This document shows positions 50,585-63,649 of a stretch of DNA of 64,000 nt, piece after piece; within the stretch, counting starts at the first letter, position 1; each line of letters begins with the position of its first letter. The DNA is from Octopus sinensis (lineage: Eukaryota), in the NCBI RefSeq assembly GCF_006345805.1, contig NC_042997.1:145266001-145330000 (forward strand), given 5' to 3'. A program made the translations under genes and the position numbers. Below the pieces are notes generated by a model. The model saw only the letters and a program-made list of their open reading frames with translations, did not search any database and had not been told where the DNA came from.

Positions 50585-51978
50585 AAAGAGAGGAAGAAAG
50601 AGAGAGAGCGTATGTGTTATATATATATATATATATATATATCATACAGACGCATACAAACGTACAAACATTGTTAGTGAACCGTATCCTAACCACAATC
50701 AGTCAACTTCGATTATTGGAAATTGATTTTATATTTCATGTTCTGCTGTCGTCTTTCCTCGATAATACATCAAAATCTATAGGTAATTTAACATTAAATT
50801 TCTGTAGATATTGCCGAAGACTCCCATTAACTCGTCTGATGACAGTTTATGATGATAGATATACTGTCACCTTCTGCTAAATAGTTTATTTTGGTTTTTA
50901 TTTCATATATGTTATATAGGAGTTGTTGAACAATCGCGTCGCTTACTGCAGCTTTCCAACAAATCAATCTTCTACCCGTTCTCGCTGCACTCCTGGTGGC
51001 AATATTACCAAGGGTTCTCAGTTCAAATTCCACCAAGACCGACTTGCCTTTTGTGATTCCAGGGTCGGCGGCGTGTAGACAGAATTGTTACCGCACCGGA
51101 GAGAAAAAAAATTTACGGCATTTCTACTGATTTTACGTTCTGAATTCAAATGTCGCTAGGGTCGACTATGCATTTTATACTTTCGGGATCGATAAAATAA
51201 GTACCGGTTGCACACTGGTGTCGATGTAATTGCTGGCCTTGTGCCAAAATTTGAAACCAATATTGCCAAGGGATCGTGTGTAACTCGGTGAATAACAAAT
51301 GTCACGAAGTACTTTGAAGAGCACCATTTTCTTTGGTCTTTCGCCGATTTTAAAATCATTTTTACATTGATCTCTCTCTCTCTCTCTCCCTCTCTCTCAC
51401 TTGCGCACTCGCGCGCTCGCACATTTACAAAGCGCACTTCTGCACTTCCTTCTATCATATTTCACTTACAAAATATAGGCCAATCTAAGACTATGATATT
51501 TACCGAATGTGACGTGCAGTAGAATCGAACGCAGAACCGCATGGTTTGGGAGCGAACTTTACCACAAAGCCATGCCTGGTTTGCTACGTAGAATCTGATG
51601 GAACATCATCACTGTTTCCATCGTTGCATTTTTTATATTTTATTTTATCTTTTTTTTTTATCTATTTATCTATTTATTTTTTTGTTTGTTTACAGAATGA
51701 AAGAATCTAGACTTGAAAAGATTCTTCCTTCCCACACCTTATTGTTTTAAAAGCAGTTTGTCTTCTAATTAACGTTGATTGAAATTTATATGAGTTCTAG
51801 ACACAACCACACGCGTGCGCGCACCCATATGTGAGATGCGTATATAAGATTGATTGAATAAGTGCAGTGAGGGAATAGACGTTTATTCCATTAGTGGACA
51901 GCTGTTTCGTAATTCAGGTTAGTTCTAGCTACATCATCCCTCATTCGTATGCAAAGTAAGCAGAAATGATTATATATA

Positions 51979-52279
51979 AATGACCAAAGCCTTGTGAGTG
52001 GATTTGGTAGACGGAAACTGAAAGAAGCCCGTCGTATATATGTATATATATATATATATATGTGTGTTTGTGTGTCTGTGTTTGTCCCCCTAGCATTGCT
52101 TGACAACCGATGCTGGTGTGTCTATGTCCCCGTTACTTAGCGGTTCGGCAAAAGAGACCGATAGAATAAGTACTGGGCTTACAAAAGAATAAGTCCCGGG
52201 GTCAAGTTGCTCGATTAAAAAGGCGGTGCTCCAGCATGGCCACAGTCAAATGACTGAAACAAGTAAAAGAGTAAAAGAG
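51979..52279 (+). mobile_element. SINE family A (5'-truncated)
   Basis: gaccaaagccttgtgagtggatttgg...gactgaaacaagtaaaagagtaaaagag. Confidence 0.9.
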
Positions 52280-52906
52280 TATATATATATCTTCTCTCCT
52301 CTTCACCGCTCCCTCTCTCTCTCACTCTTCCTCCTTGACTCTCTCGTCGCTGACACGTGACGAAAGAGAATCATTCTTTCTGCCCATCTCCTTCCTAAGG
52401 ACAATGCGTGCTTATACCTGTCTCCTCTCATAAGCTTGTCTTCCTAGCGTTCATAATATTTTTTCTATCGTCTTGGCTTAACAACCCTCACCGTTTGTTT
52501 TTACAGTATTATTCTCACTGTCCTGTTCTTGTTACCACTTTTACCCTCCGCAAAAAGTCCCGAATTTTATTTAATTTGCTCTGTGGGAAGCACTGTTTCA
52601 ACTAAGTCGCGTATTGTCCTTGCTTTCGAAACCGCGGAGTAGATGAAACAGGGGCAATTGATGAAGGGGAATATTCTTTATGTTGCATGTTTCATTTCTC
52701 CGTTTGTTTGGTTTATTTTTGGCTGTTCGAAGTAAAGTTCGTTTTGTATGTTTTTGTTTTTATGTTTTCGTTTTTCATTGTGTTCAACGTTTTTTTTACG
52801 TCCTGTACCTATATATGCATATATATATACATATATATGCAGGTATGTACATATATGTATGTATATATGCATATATTTATATATTATATTATATACATAT
52901 ATATGT

Positions 52907-52980
<74 letters not shown>

Positions 52981-53639
52981 GTGTGTGTATATATATATAG
53001 TGTGTGTGTGAGGGAGATATATATAGAGAGAGCAGGATATATATATATACATACATCTATCAGATAACATTTAACAGAGGAAAACTCGTTGAAATTCATA
53101 GGGCTAGTAACCTCACACTGCACTCTACCGACTTAAAAAGAATTGGAAGGACAATAGTGGATAACATAATCCTGGAAAATATATATGTCAGATTGAAAAA
53201 AAAGGGGGGGGGGAATTTGTAATTAGACACTGTATCACAGGTTTACTCGATTAGGGTGATTAGGGATCACTTAGATCTACGTAAGAAATACAACTATAAC
53301 AGCAACAGCTGCAACAACAACAGAAGGTAAAACAACAATAATAGAAACCTTAACCGAAAGGTTGTGTTCGTTACTTTTTATGAATGATAGTTTCTCCTGG
53401 GTGGTAGGTAGACTTAATCCATCGGCGGCAAGTTAAACACCATCGCCCCTGGCACTTGCGTGCTTTTGGTGAAATCCACTGCGTTGCAACCATTTACTGC
53501 GAGATAAAAGGAAATATCACTGAAGTTTTTTTTTAGCAATTCCAGAAAGAAAGAGAACAAAGTTGACCTCCCTAATATTTGAACTTCTGTCGCCCTTTAA
53601 TTGAGAAAATTTACCAATGAGTTGTACACGTATTTTACT

Positions 53640-54170
53640 TAAGGATTATATTTTTATTAACTCACGATATCACTATCTGCAGTCAGTCGTCGCGACTACG
53701 TCTGCTCATAGTTTTGGCATGACTTGATAAGCTTTCTCCACACAGGTGGGTTTTTAGCTTGGGTTTTCCATTTATTATGATCAATTCCTTCCTTTTTTTT
53801 TTTTTTGCAGTAACATTGAATCTCAGTTGAAGTTTTCTATGGTTTCTTTTTCCCTTGCATAGTTAGGAAGAAAGGAGTTGTCTGATGTGGTGGCTATTGT
53901 CCATCTTATATACGTGTCCCAACCATCGTAAATGTCTGTCAATAAGGATTTCCATTGTTGTAGGCAGACCAGCACGCTGGAAGATCACTTCATTCGTATT
54001 CTTTGTCAAACAGAGCGATATTCATAATTTGTATCAGCTGTCTTATATATGCACGTAACTTGTCTAGTTGAGCCTTATAGAATTCCAAGATTCAGCACCA
54101 TACAATAGAAAAGAAAGCACTATAGCGTGGTATACCTTACAGTTGACCCATAAAGAAACATGCCAGTTTA
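53640..54170 (-). mobile_element. Decayed RTE LINE C-terminal region
   Basis: NTNEVIFQRAGLPTTMEILIDRHLRWLGHV..MDNSHHIRQLL...GKRNHRKLQLRF. Confidence 0.8.
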
Positions 54171-54536
54171 AGTCACGTATATATTATATATTATATATTA
54201 TATATTGTGTATATTATATATACATTATATATACATTATATATGTATATTATATATATACATTATATATTGTTATCTACCAAAATTAGTAAATGTGAAGT
54301 TAATATTGCTCCCGACAGCAAATAAAATTCGCATAAAGATACTGGAGGAGCTTGGGATCATGTTCTCTCAACTTCATTTCCTATTTCTATCATACCTCTA
54401 AAAATGTTCTTCAGACTTTTGGTTTGAACATCAAAGACAGAGAATCTGTAATAAAGAAAAGAAACATTTCAAATATTTATTTTGAAATAGTTGTAAGCAT
54501 TGTTTTACTATCTAGATTGTTTTGTAACAATTCAAA

Positions 54537-54960
54537 ATGGCTAACTCCACTAATAGAAATATTGAACATTTCAGAACTTTATGCTGATGTGCAGCTTTTA
54601 CAAACGAACTGCATTATTGCCAATGGCAAGTTGCGTATTTTTGTGTGTTTGTGTGTGTGTGTGTTCTTAACGTTGTCACAATCTCAAAGTTATCTTTGAT
54701 GTTGTTTTTGGGGACATTTAAATGCAAAAAGTCAGCTTCTATGCAAAGTAACACATTTCTTGATAAAACTATATTGACGCTGTCGTATTTCAAACTGCAT
54801 TAAGCTTTGTATGTGAAATTCCAGTTATCTATTCTGTCACTAAATGGTATTAGTACTGATGTAGCAATTCAGTGGTATGAGTACTTTCGTGATCATTTAT
54901 TCCACAAAAATCCTGTAAGACTCGATGGTCCAGGCTTGAGATCCAGACTCCAAAAATCAT
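54537..54960 (+). mobile_element. Decayed Merlin (IS1595/ISXO2-like) transposase fragment
   Basis: TDVAIQWYEYFRDHLFHKNPVRLDGPG-EIQ resembles the Merlin W..Y.RD....LGGPG..VQIDES region; stops and frameshifts. Confidence 0.5.
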
Positions 54961-54989
54961 GTTGACAGAGAGGTTATATATTATGTGTC

Positions 54990-55570
54990 ACAGGACATTA
55001 GAATAACTCTGGCAACAACGGATGACTTCAGTACGTCCAGAATTGCACTGCAGGGATGTTAGAAATCGTGGGTGTTGATAACAATAGATCAGAATCAACT
55101 TTCTTTTCTGATGAGTATGCTTTAATAATCTGACTAACTTTGGTTATATCCGTAAAACTGAAAAATCATACCCACGATTTTGTAGTCTGAAAGGGTACAG
55201 TCGCGAAAGTTAGAGGTCGAAACGGAGTTTCTCCAAAAGGTCTCTGGCGTAACATTAGTAAACAGAGTGCATAGCTCAGAGATCAAAGGGCTTCTTCAGG
55301 TCGAGTCACTACTCCGCATTGTGTGGTCATAGCTCCAGTACTAAGAATATCTCAAGAAAGGTTCGTAAGACGGATTCTTCAAGCTGAGCCAATTGACAGG
55401 AGCCCTAGACGTAGACCAAGAACAAGATGGTTGGATAATATCCATAGTTTCAGTTGGCCATGCTTTGGAATCCAGCCGGAAACAATTATGACGGTTGCTT
55501 CTGGAAGGACACCATAGGTGAGGCGCATAAGAAATCTATCTTCACGACAATCCTAAGAATACTGAGCAAA
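54990..55570 (+). mobile_element. Decayed RTE LINE 3' part
   Basis: SGVTLVNRVHSSEIKGLLQVESLLRI...RISQERFVRRILQAEPIDRSPRRRPRTRWLDNI..W..FGIQP. Confidence 0.8.
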
Positions 55571-55872
55571 GAATATGGATGGGCTATTTTTTGTCGTTCC
55601 GGTCACTCACGTATGCATAAATAAAATTGAAGTTTTTCGAGATGAGCATAAATAGACGGATCGAGTATAAATCAGGCTCAAAGAGTGATATCAAATAGAT
55701 ATCACTGTTTGAAACACTTGACACTGTACAGAGAAGCTTATTAGGATATGACATCTGATAAACATTTACATACTATTAAGAGAAGAATTACTAGATATTA
55801 CATGTTTGAGTACAATAAGCTGATATCTGTTCTATGTTTATTTATAAAATATAGGTTTTGAATAACCATATT

Positions 55873-55904
<32 letters not shown>

Positions 55905-55920
55905 TAATATTATTATTATT

Positions 55921-57544
55921 GATTGCCTTTACACAGCTTCTAACACTGGAGATGTATTACAGTGTCAGCTGTTCACTACCAGTGAACTAAGGTAACACCT
56001 CTTATTTTTAAAGCACCTTCCCGAGTATTCGAGCGGTTCCAAGCACTGATGTCTTCTGCGAGTGCTCCACCCTATTTTAGCCCTATTTGTTCCACGTACT
56101 TCTCGAGATTTTTGCTCACTGTTCCCAGGGCTCCGGCAATTATTGGTACTACGTTTTTCATCGACCACAACTGCTTAACCTCCCAAGCTAACCTGTCATA
56201 TCTCTCGACTTTTCTTTCTTCCTTATCGCATACCTTGTTGTCACCTGGACATGCTATATCTATGATCCAGCATAGTTTGTTTTTCTTTCTCAATTAACAC
56301 TATGTCCGGCTTCCTATTCTCTATCTCATGGTCGCACTGAATCATAAAATCCCATAGGATCTTTGCATTTCCATTTTCGATGATGCCTTCATGTTTGTGG
56401 TTGTACCAATTTTTTGCTCTGTCAAGTCCATACTTGTTGCAAAGCGTCCAATAGACAAGCCTGGGTATATTTTTGTGGCATCTCTTGTATTCCTTCTGGG
56501 TTAGTGGCATACATTGGCTGGTAATATGCCATACGGTTTCACCATTTTGTCCACAGATTCTGCACCTTTCACTTTCTGCTGTGTTGTCTATTCTGTATTT
56601 TATGTAGTTTGTTCTTAGTGCTTGCTCTTGGGCAGCACAGATTAGAGCCTCCGTTTCCGGTTTTAAATCAATTTCAATCATCCACAGCCATCTTTTTTCT
56701 CTGTCTGTCTGTCTTATCTTCAACATCTCTATGAAATTGACTATGCATTCTTTTCTTTACCCATCTATTTTCAGATTCATTCGTTTTCAATTTCTAGTAT
56801 AGTGCTTTATCTTTGCAATCTTTCATCCTACACAAGCCTGACCTTCTTACTTCTAATAATAGCAGTTCTGTGGCATTTTTTTTACATACCATGCCATGAG
56901 GTTTTCTTCTGCTCTAATTCTGTGTTCGCATCCAATGAGTCCTCTTCACCCTCTTTTTCTTGGTACATACAGTCTGCCTGTGTCACCTTTTGGGTGGAGT
57001 AACCTATATCTAGTTAGCAACTTCCTTGTCTTTCTGTCTAATCTGTTTAGTTCGTCTACTGTCCATACGATTATCCCTGCTCCATATCTAAGGAGTGAAA
57101 GCGCCCAGGTATTGATAGCTTCGATCTTATTCCGTCCATTTGATTTCCGTGAGTTGAAGCAATCCCTCTTCTCTCTAATGATCATACATACGTTGTCGGT
57201 AACCTCCAATTCAAGCACCATTTTCATCTACAGGATTGCTCAGGTAGTTACACTCCATGACCACAGCATTAGTTTGCTTGCTCCATCTGCGCCGTGTATG
57301 GTGGTCCCATTCTGGATATCGACTGGCTGGAGCCGGACGAGAATTTCTGAACCTACCGGGTGCAACATTGTCACCATCAATGGCTTCAGTTTCATTACCA
57401 CCGTTATTCAGAATATTTTGTTTACTCATTGTCACTGATATGCGGTATCAATTATCAGGTTGCACAATTACCAGTATTTCTATTGTGACACCATCACTAG
57501 ATATATCATTATTCATCAGCCCATGAGGCTCCTCCCGTTAACTT

Positions 57545-57545
<1 letters not shown>
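55921..57545 (-). mobile_element. R4/Dong element, both ends present, RT core deleted
   Basis: N-terminus MSKQN...RRRWSKQTNAVVMEC.YLSNPVDENG..GYRQRMY fused near 57145 to NGRNKIEAINTW...CCHC (CRICG..ETVWHI..C) and RLE (PDIVL...DIACPGD..K..KY); (TAA)n/(TGA)n on both flanks. Confidence 0.9.
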
Positions 57546-57596
<51 letters not shown>

Positions 57597-58036
57597 CATC
57601 ATCATCATCATCATCACTGATATCACTGATATTATTGTTTTTATTTGTAGTAGCAGCAGTGGTTGCAGCAACAGCAACAGTAGTAGGGGTGAGGATAGTG
57701 GTAAGGGTGGTAGCTGGGCCTCAGATTCCTGTGCTATCATAATAGTAGTAGTTGTATTATTATTATTGTAGTATTAGTAGTATTTAGCATTAGCAACTGC
57801 AGAATATTATTATTATTTTTATTTTTATCACCATCACGACCACTACCATTGTTTAAGGAACTAGTTGGGTAGCAGTATGGTAAATAGATCATATTCTACA
57901 GGTCTATAAATAGATTCGGCAGATGGTGGGGAGGTCAAGTATGTTTACTACTACCAGTAACCACTGACCACCGAGAGTGCTGCCTTGAAAAGAAGCAATT
58001 CGACCTGTTCTATTTGTAATTACTGGTAGAAAAAAC

Positions 58037-58077
<41 letters not shown>

Positions 58078-58130
58078 TAGAAGGTTTGGAGGTGATGTAC
58101 AGGTATTATATATTAGAAGAAATAAGGTAC

Positions 58131-58352
58131 TCAGAAATCTGGATGGTTATACATTTACAGGTTATTATTAATATGTCACATGTTTTTATAAATCACATAT
58201 AATAGCGCTTGCATCGACTCTAGTAGAATCTTCAGATTTGAATTCGAATCTGAAGATTCTACTAGAGTATATGCAAGCGCTAATATATGATTTATAAAAA
58301 CATGTGACATATTAATAAAAATCTGTAAATGTATAACCATCCAGATTTCTGA
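58131..58352. repeat. 222-bp near-perfect palindrome (foldback)
   Basis: ~108-bp arms around a central GAATTC (58240-58245). Confidence 0.95.
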
Positions 58353-58762
58353 ATTTCTTTTTCTTTTCTTCTTAGAAGTTTTGCTGTGGTTTACAGTTTT
58401 TGTAGTTGTGCAGTATGTATATATTGGCAAGTGCTTACTTCCTTAATTTTTATCGTGCATTTAATTGTGTTGTTGCAATAAAAGGAGGTTTACATAATCT
58501 GTTAGTCAGGAAAGAAGGGAAGACAAAATGTTCACACAAAATTGGAGATATTAAAGTTTCTAAATTTTTTTGAGGTGTTCGTTTGTAAGCTGTAGATATG
58601 GAAGTTCCTTAACCTATTTTGAGGGAAATTCAAAATACAGAGAACCGTAGATATTCCAGTCTTTTAGAGTTATTTTTTTCAGTTATCCTGCTGGGTTGTA
58701 CTAGTGTTTCTGTATCTTCAGCTGCTGACAGATCAGAGCCATTTTTATTATTATTATTATTA

Positions 58763-58809
<47 letters not shown>

Positions 58810-58810
58810 G

Positions 58811-59363
58811 AATGAGAGAGCATTACATGCCATCAAAGTGACATTGGGGTAAAATATACGAAGCCGGGTATACCCATCATGACTACCCGTCTGATAAGGG
58901 TACACTAGGCACATGCATCACAACCATATGTGCGCGAATTGGTGATCTCATATCAAAATAAACAGCACATGTCCTTGCAGTTGGGGCCCAGTTAGAATTT
59001 TCTTCAGGTCGAGTAACCCATCCCACGCTAAAGGTCCCTGAATGAGGGTTGTTTAAGGAGGTTGAAAGAACCACCCATGTTTCCAGAGGTGAATTATTCA
59101 AACCCCAAAGAATCCCTCTCAACACATGGCTATGATGCTCCCCCACTACTTCTGCTCGTGATCAGAGATGCACATATCGTCAGCCACTAAGAGACATGCT
59201 CAACTGGTTATGGTCAAACAACTGACAAGCAAATCTGTGGCATTGAGCAGAATATTTGCTGTAGCCCATCTTTTATACCAAGACAAAACAACTTACATGA
59301 TAACACTTCCTATCAGTTAAGATCAGAAGCCATGAGAGCCACTGCCTGGTCCTGCATCAGGGC

Positions 59364-59366
<3 letters not shown>
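58811..59366 (-). mobile_element. Non-coding ~555-bp element inserted in (TAA)n
   Basis: (TAA)n tracts directly abut both ends; no tRNA head and no recognisable ORF. Confidence 0.55.
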
Positions 59367-59436
<70 letters not shown>

Positions 59437-59451
59437 AATAATAATAATATT

Positions 59452-59818
59452 AAAGACGTCGCACAGTATCCAATATCATGATGTTCTTAATTGAAGCTAT
59501 TGTGTCTACCGGAGGTTCGTACTGTCTGTCAAGTCACAAGTACTTCAGACAGACGGTACTTTACGCAATATGCGTCAGTTTCAAATTATGCCGATTTTGA
59601 CAATACGCCCAGATTGTAGGGTAGTTCTAAAGTTTCCAGACGTTTTTATTCAGGTTGGGTGGTATTGAACCCAATGCTCCGATGTCAATAGGGGCAACTT
59701 TTATATTTAACACTTGTAGTTGCCACATCTTAGCGATCTCAATTCTGAGATCTCCGTATTTATCAATCTTTTCTTTTTCTCTCATGATAATATGTTGATC
59801 TCCTGCCACTATCACGTT
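59452..59818 (-). mobile_element. R4/Dong-type RLE 3' fragment (second subfamily)
   Basis: VAGDQHIIMREKEKIDKYGDLRIEIAKMWQL..IKVAPIDIGALGSIP. Confidence 0.8.
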
Positions 59819-59841
59819 GATTATTATTATCATTGTTGTTG

Positions 59842-59908
<67 letters not shown>

Positions 59909-59921
59909 CATTATTATTATT

Positions 59922-60680
59922 TGATGAAAACTCACGGCCTATTTTGCTGGGCATGATGATAAGTGTGAGCTGTCCACAGCCAGCAGACAAAGGTGACACT
60001 TGTTTACAGGTCATGCTTCAAGAACCCTGCGGCGAATTCTTCCAGTTCTAAGCAATGCTGATTTTTGTGGGTGTTCTACCTTCACACTTGCACCAATCTT
60101 TTCCAGCCATCTTGGTAGTTGAGGGCTGATACTTCCAAGTACACCAATTATTCTTGATATCACATCTACTCTCTTCATTGACCACAACCTTCGTATTTCC
60201 TATTTCAGATCGTCTGAGTTGTTTGTTTCTTCTTCTTTCACATTGATCCCTTTATCACTGGGGCATGCTATGACAATTATCATACATGTTCTTTCTTTTT
60301 TAGTCACCAAAACAATGTCTGTTTTTCGATATCTGACCGCACTGGATCATTACGCCCCACAGGATTTTGCATTTCTCATTTTCGGTGACTCCTTCTGAAA
60401 TTCGTCCATACCACGTCTTTGCTCTTTGTAGGCTGTGATTTCCACAGAGCTCCCATTGAATCATTCTTGTCACATTGTCATGGCGTCTTTCGTATTCACG
60501 TTGTGCCAATTTCGGGCATTCGCTCACCCTTCTCACCACACATTCAGCATTTGTCGCTATCGGTAGTGTTGTCAATTCTGCACTTCATATAATTGGTCCA
60601 TAAGGCTTGCTCCTGAGCTGCGAATATGAGTGCTTCTGCCTCTATCCTCAGGTCACTTCTCCTCATCCATAGCAACAGGT
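59922..60680 (-). mobile_element. Decayed R4/Dong 3' region
   Basis: LWMRRSDLRIEAEALIFAAQEQAL.TNY; ECPKLAQREYERRHDNV; KILW...IQC. Confidence 0.85.
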
Positions 60681-60681
60681 C

Positions 60682-60767
60682 TTCTTCTTCTTCTTCTTCT
60701 TCTTCTTCTTCTTCTTCTTCTTCTTCTTCTTCTTCTTCTTCTCCGTATTATTATTAATACACACACA

Positions 60768-60806
<39 letters not shown>

Positions 60807-60954
60807 ATATTTTCAAATTCCCATATATAGTAATTCAACATAATATGTTTTATTAAATTTTTTTGAATATTCGTAAATAGGATGTTTTGAAAATACACAC
60901 ACGTGCGCACGCGTCTGTAAATAGATAGATGTAGATACACACACACACACACAC

Positions 60955-61021
<67 letters not shown>

Positions 61022-61030
61022 TATAAGTAT
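60682..61030. repeat. (TTC)n, (CA)n and (TA)n microsatellites
   Basis: Direct reading. Confidence 0.95.
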
Positions 61031-61466
61031 ATATACATACACACACATATACTTTTACATACATATAAACAACATCAAGCTTCAAATGAGAAATATAAAA
61101 AAAAATACTCTGCGATGATATTTTTAGGTTCTCCTTCTTGTTTAACTAACTAGATAAACTTTTAATCAAAGCTATGAGCGTCCCATCATTGTTTAGAGGC
61201 TTAATGTTGACAAGACAACATTACCCTCCCGTTTTTTTCCCACGACACGACTGGGTGTGGTTTGCAGGTAATTTAGCAGCTATTTCTTGCAAATGGAGCG
61301 TCCACTTCGAGGCCTTTCTCGTTAGCTCGTACAGAATTCTAGTTTCTCTCATTTCTAAATGACATTTCGGCTAATTAACATCTGGTTCTCACAAGATTCA
61401 GGTTACAATGTAACTTGCAGAAATATCATTCTAAAAAGAGACAGAAACACAATTAGAAAGACTGTT

Positions 61467-61494
61467 AGTATTATTATCACTTTAATTATTATTA

Positions 61495-61535
<41 letters not shown>

Positions 61536-61625
61536 GTTATTATTATTATTATTATTATTATCATTATTATTATTATTATTATCACTACTACTACTACTAC
61601 TACTACTACTATCATTATTATTGTT
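61467..61625. repeat. (TTA)n/(CTA)n microsatellite
   Basis: Direct reading. Confidence 0.95.
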
Positions 61626-62722
61626 GATGGTGTTATTGTTGTTTGGCCCCATGTCAGTCCTATGATACATAACGTAGTTGGTTGTATTTATTTATTTTTG
61701 TTGTTTACCGCAGGCCAACCTTAAACAAGCAAACCTTGTGTTCAAAGTTATACCAGTCGTTATTATCCCGTTTTTTTTTTACGGATAAAGAGGTGCACAT
61801 TATCTAATGTGCCCCTTTCATTTCATTTTTTTTTTATTAATGTAAGTGGTGCGTAATCAGAGGGAGGGTTACCATCTCTAGGAGGTTTACCAGCACTATC
61901 TAGCTGCGAACTCTCCTTCAAATCATGCCCTGCAATTCTAAAGAGAAAGAGAACACTTTGGGCAAGTTTAGTCTGTTTTCGGCTGGAAAGATTCCGATCA
62001 AAAGTCAGCTCGATCATAGCTGACCTGGGCCTAAACAACTGTCATATGCGAATCAACATGGCTTCTATTCGACATATTTCATGATATGTTACTAAAATAC
62101 CTGTGTGCTAACTCCGGTGCGTAACCTCGGTATGTAAGAAAAGCTAGGCGAATGAATTTTATGATTTCGTAAAGGATTGGATATAAACTGCTGCAGTAGG
62201 TAATATTTAATCACAGTCAGAAATCTAGTGGAATAGTACCGGGATGGTTTTTAATTCTGACAACCCTTCTCGGTAGGTATTCTACTTAGATATAGCAACG
62301 AAACAAAGGCTCTCAAGATAATCAGAAACTTGTTGTCTCCCCACTAATACCATATGTGTAATGTCAATGTTCTATTAATCTCATTTTGTGAGTAGAATAT
62401 AGCAGTAAAATATATATATGTGATATGAAACGTATTCATCTCGTGTCCCCTTGCGCACTTTCTGTTTATTTGCAAGATTACGATGCACAGTTCAGACTTT
62501 CTCTCGCTTCATTTTTTCGCACATTTTATGTGTAAAATACCGAGTTTCTCCTTTAAACTTGAGCTGAATAATATAGTTTTTATTCATATTATTTACCATT
62601 CTTAGAGTAGTGGACTAGAAGAATCACTACAGCGTTGGACAAAATATTTTGTGATTTATATTATGGCGTTTTGATTTAAAATTCTATTAAGGTCACCTTT
62701 TTCATACTTCAAACATCGATGA

Positions 62723-62880
62723 AATAAAGTACCTGTCACCTTTCTTTCCACCCTTCAAAAATCTATAAAATAAAATACGTGTCACCCTTCTTTTAACGCT
62801 TCAAGAGTCGATAAAATAAAGTACCTGTCACCCTTCTTTTCACCCTTCAAGAATCTGTAAGATAAAGCACCTGTCAGATA
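62723..62880. repeat. ~45-bp tandem repeat, about 3.5 units
   Basis: aaataaagtacctgtcacccttcttttcacccttcaagaatctata. Confidence 0.8.
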
Positions 62881-62989
62881 AGATAAAATTAATTAGTTCC
62901 CTTTCCATTAAATTTGTGGCTTTGCGCCAATTTCAGAAATCATTCTTTGATATGGACAGAATTTGTCGGTGTTGATTTACCATGTTCCC

Positions 62990-63232
62990 TCTATGTTTAG
63001 CCTCTTGTGGTCAATAAAGAAATAAGAATCGTGAGCACGCCGAGCAAAATGCTTAGCGGCATTTCGTCCGTCTTTACGTTCTGACTTCAAATTCCGCCAA
63101 GGTCGACTTTACCCCTCATCTTTTCGGGCTGTATAAAATAAGTACCATTTGAACATTGGAGTCGATGTAATCAATTTACTCCCTCTCCTAAAATCGATGG
63201 GCTTGTGCCAAAATATGAACTGAATATTAGCA
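62990..63232 (+). mobile_element. Family B SINE variant
   Basis: gagcacgccgagcaaaatgcttagcggcatttcgtccg...acttcaaattccgcc. Confidence 0.8.
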
Positions 63233-63649
63233 ACACAACTTATGTTAGGAAAATAACAAAAAAATCTAACGAATACATCAATATACTGCTGGGATCCTGC
63301 GACATATTTTGTAATTCGTTTCTGAATTTCTGATCCTCCAGAGATACATCAAAACTTGTTTCAACACATGAATTCACATCAAGAATCTTAGAAGCCAAAT
63401 ACAAAAACGAAACAAAGACTTCACCATTTATGCTATACAGTTTGATGTTTTAATTCTTCTAAACTGCTTTGATGTTTCTTTTGTAGGATTTCTCTAGATT
63501 TCCTTCCATCTGTTTACCACTCGTTCTTTTTCCACTGAATTAGATTTTCCTATAACGATGAAATCCAGTTTTCTTTTATAGCAACAACACCGGTGAATAT
63601 CAAAAACAAGCAACCATCGTACAATACTCAACGACATAAACATATACAT

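Noticed and set aside
57470-57530. Hammerhead at the Dong 5' UTR (CTGATGA...GAAA)
   Set aside because: No closable stem II or cleavage triplet geometry
59305-59335. U2 snRNA-like stretch (ctatcagttaagatcaga)
   Set aside because: Short gapped similarity only; no Sm site or other U2 stems
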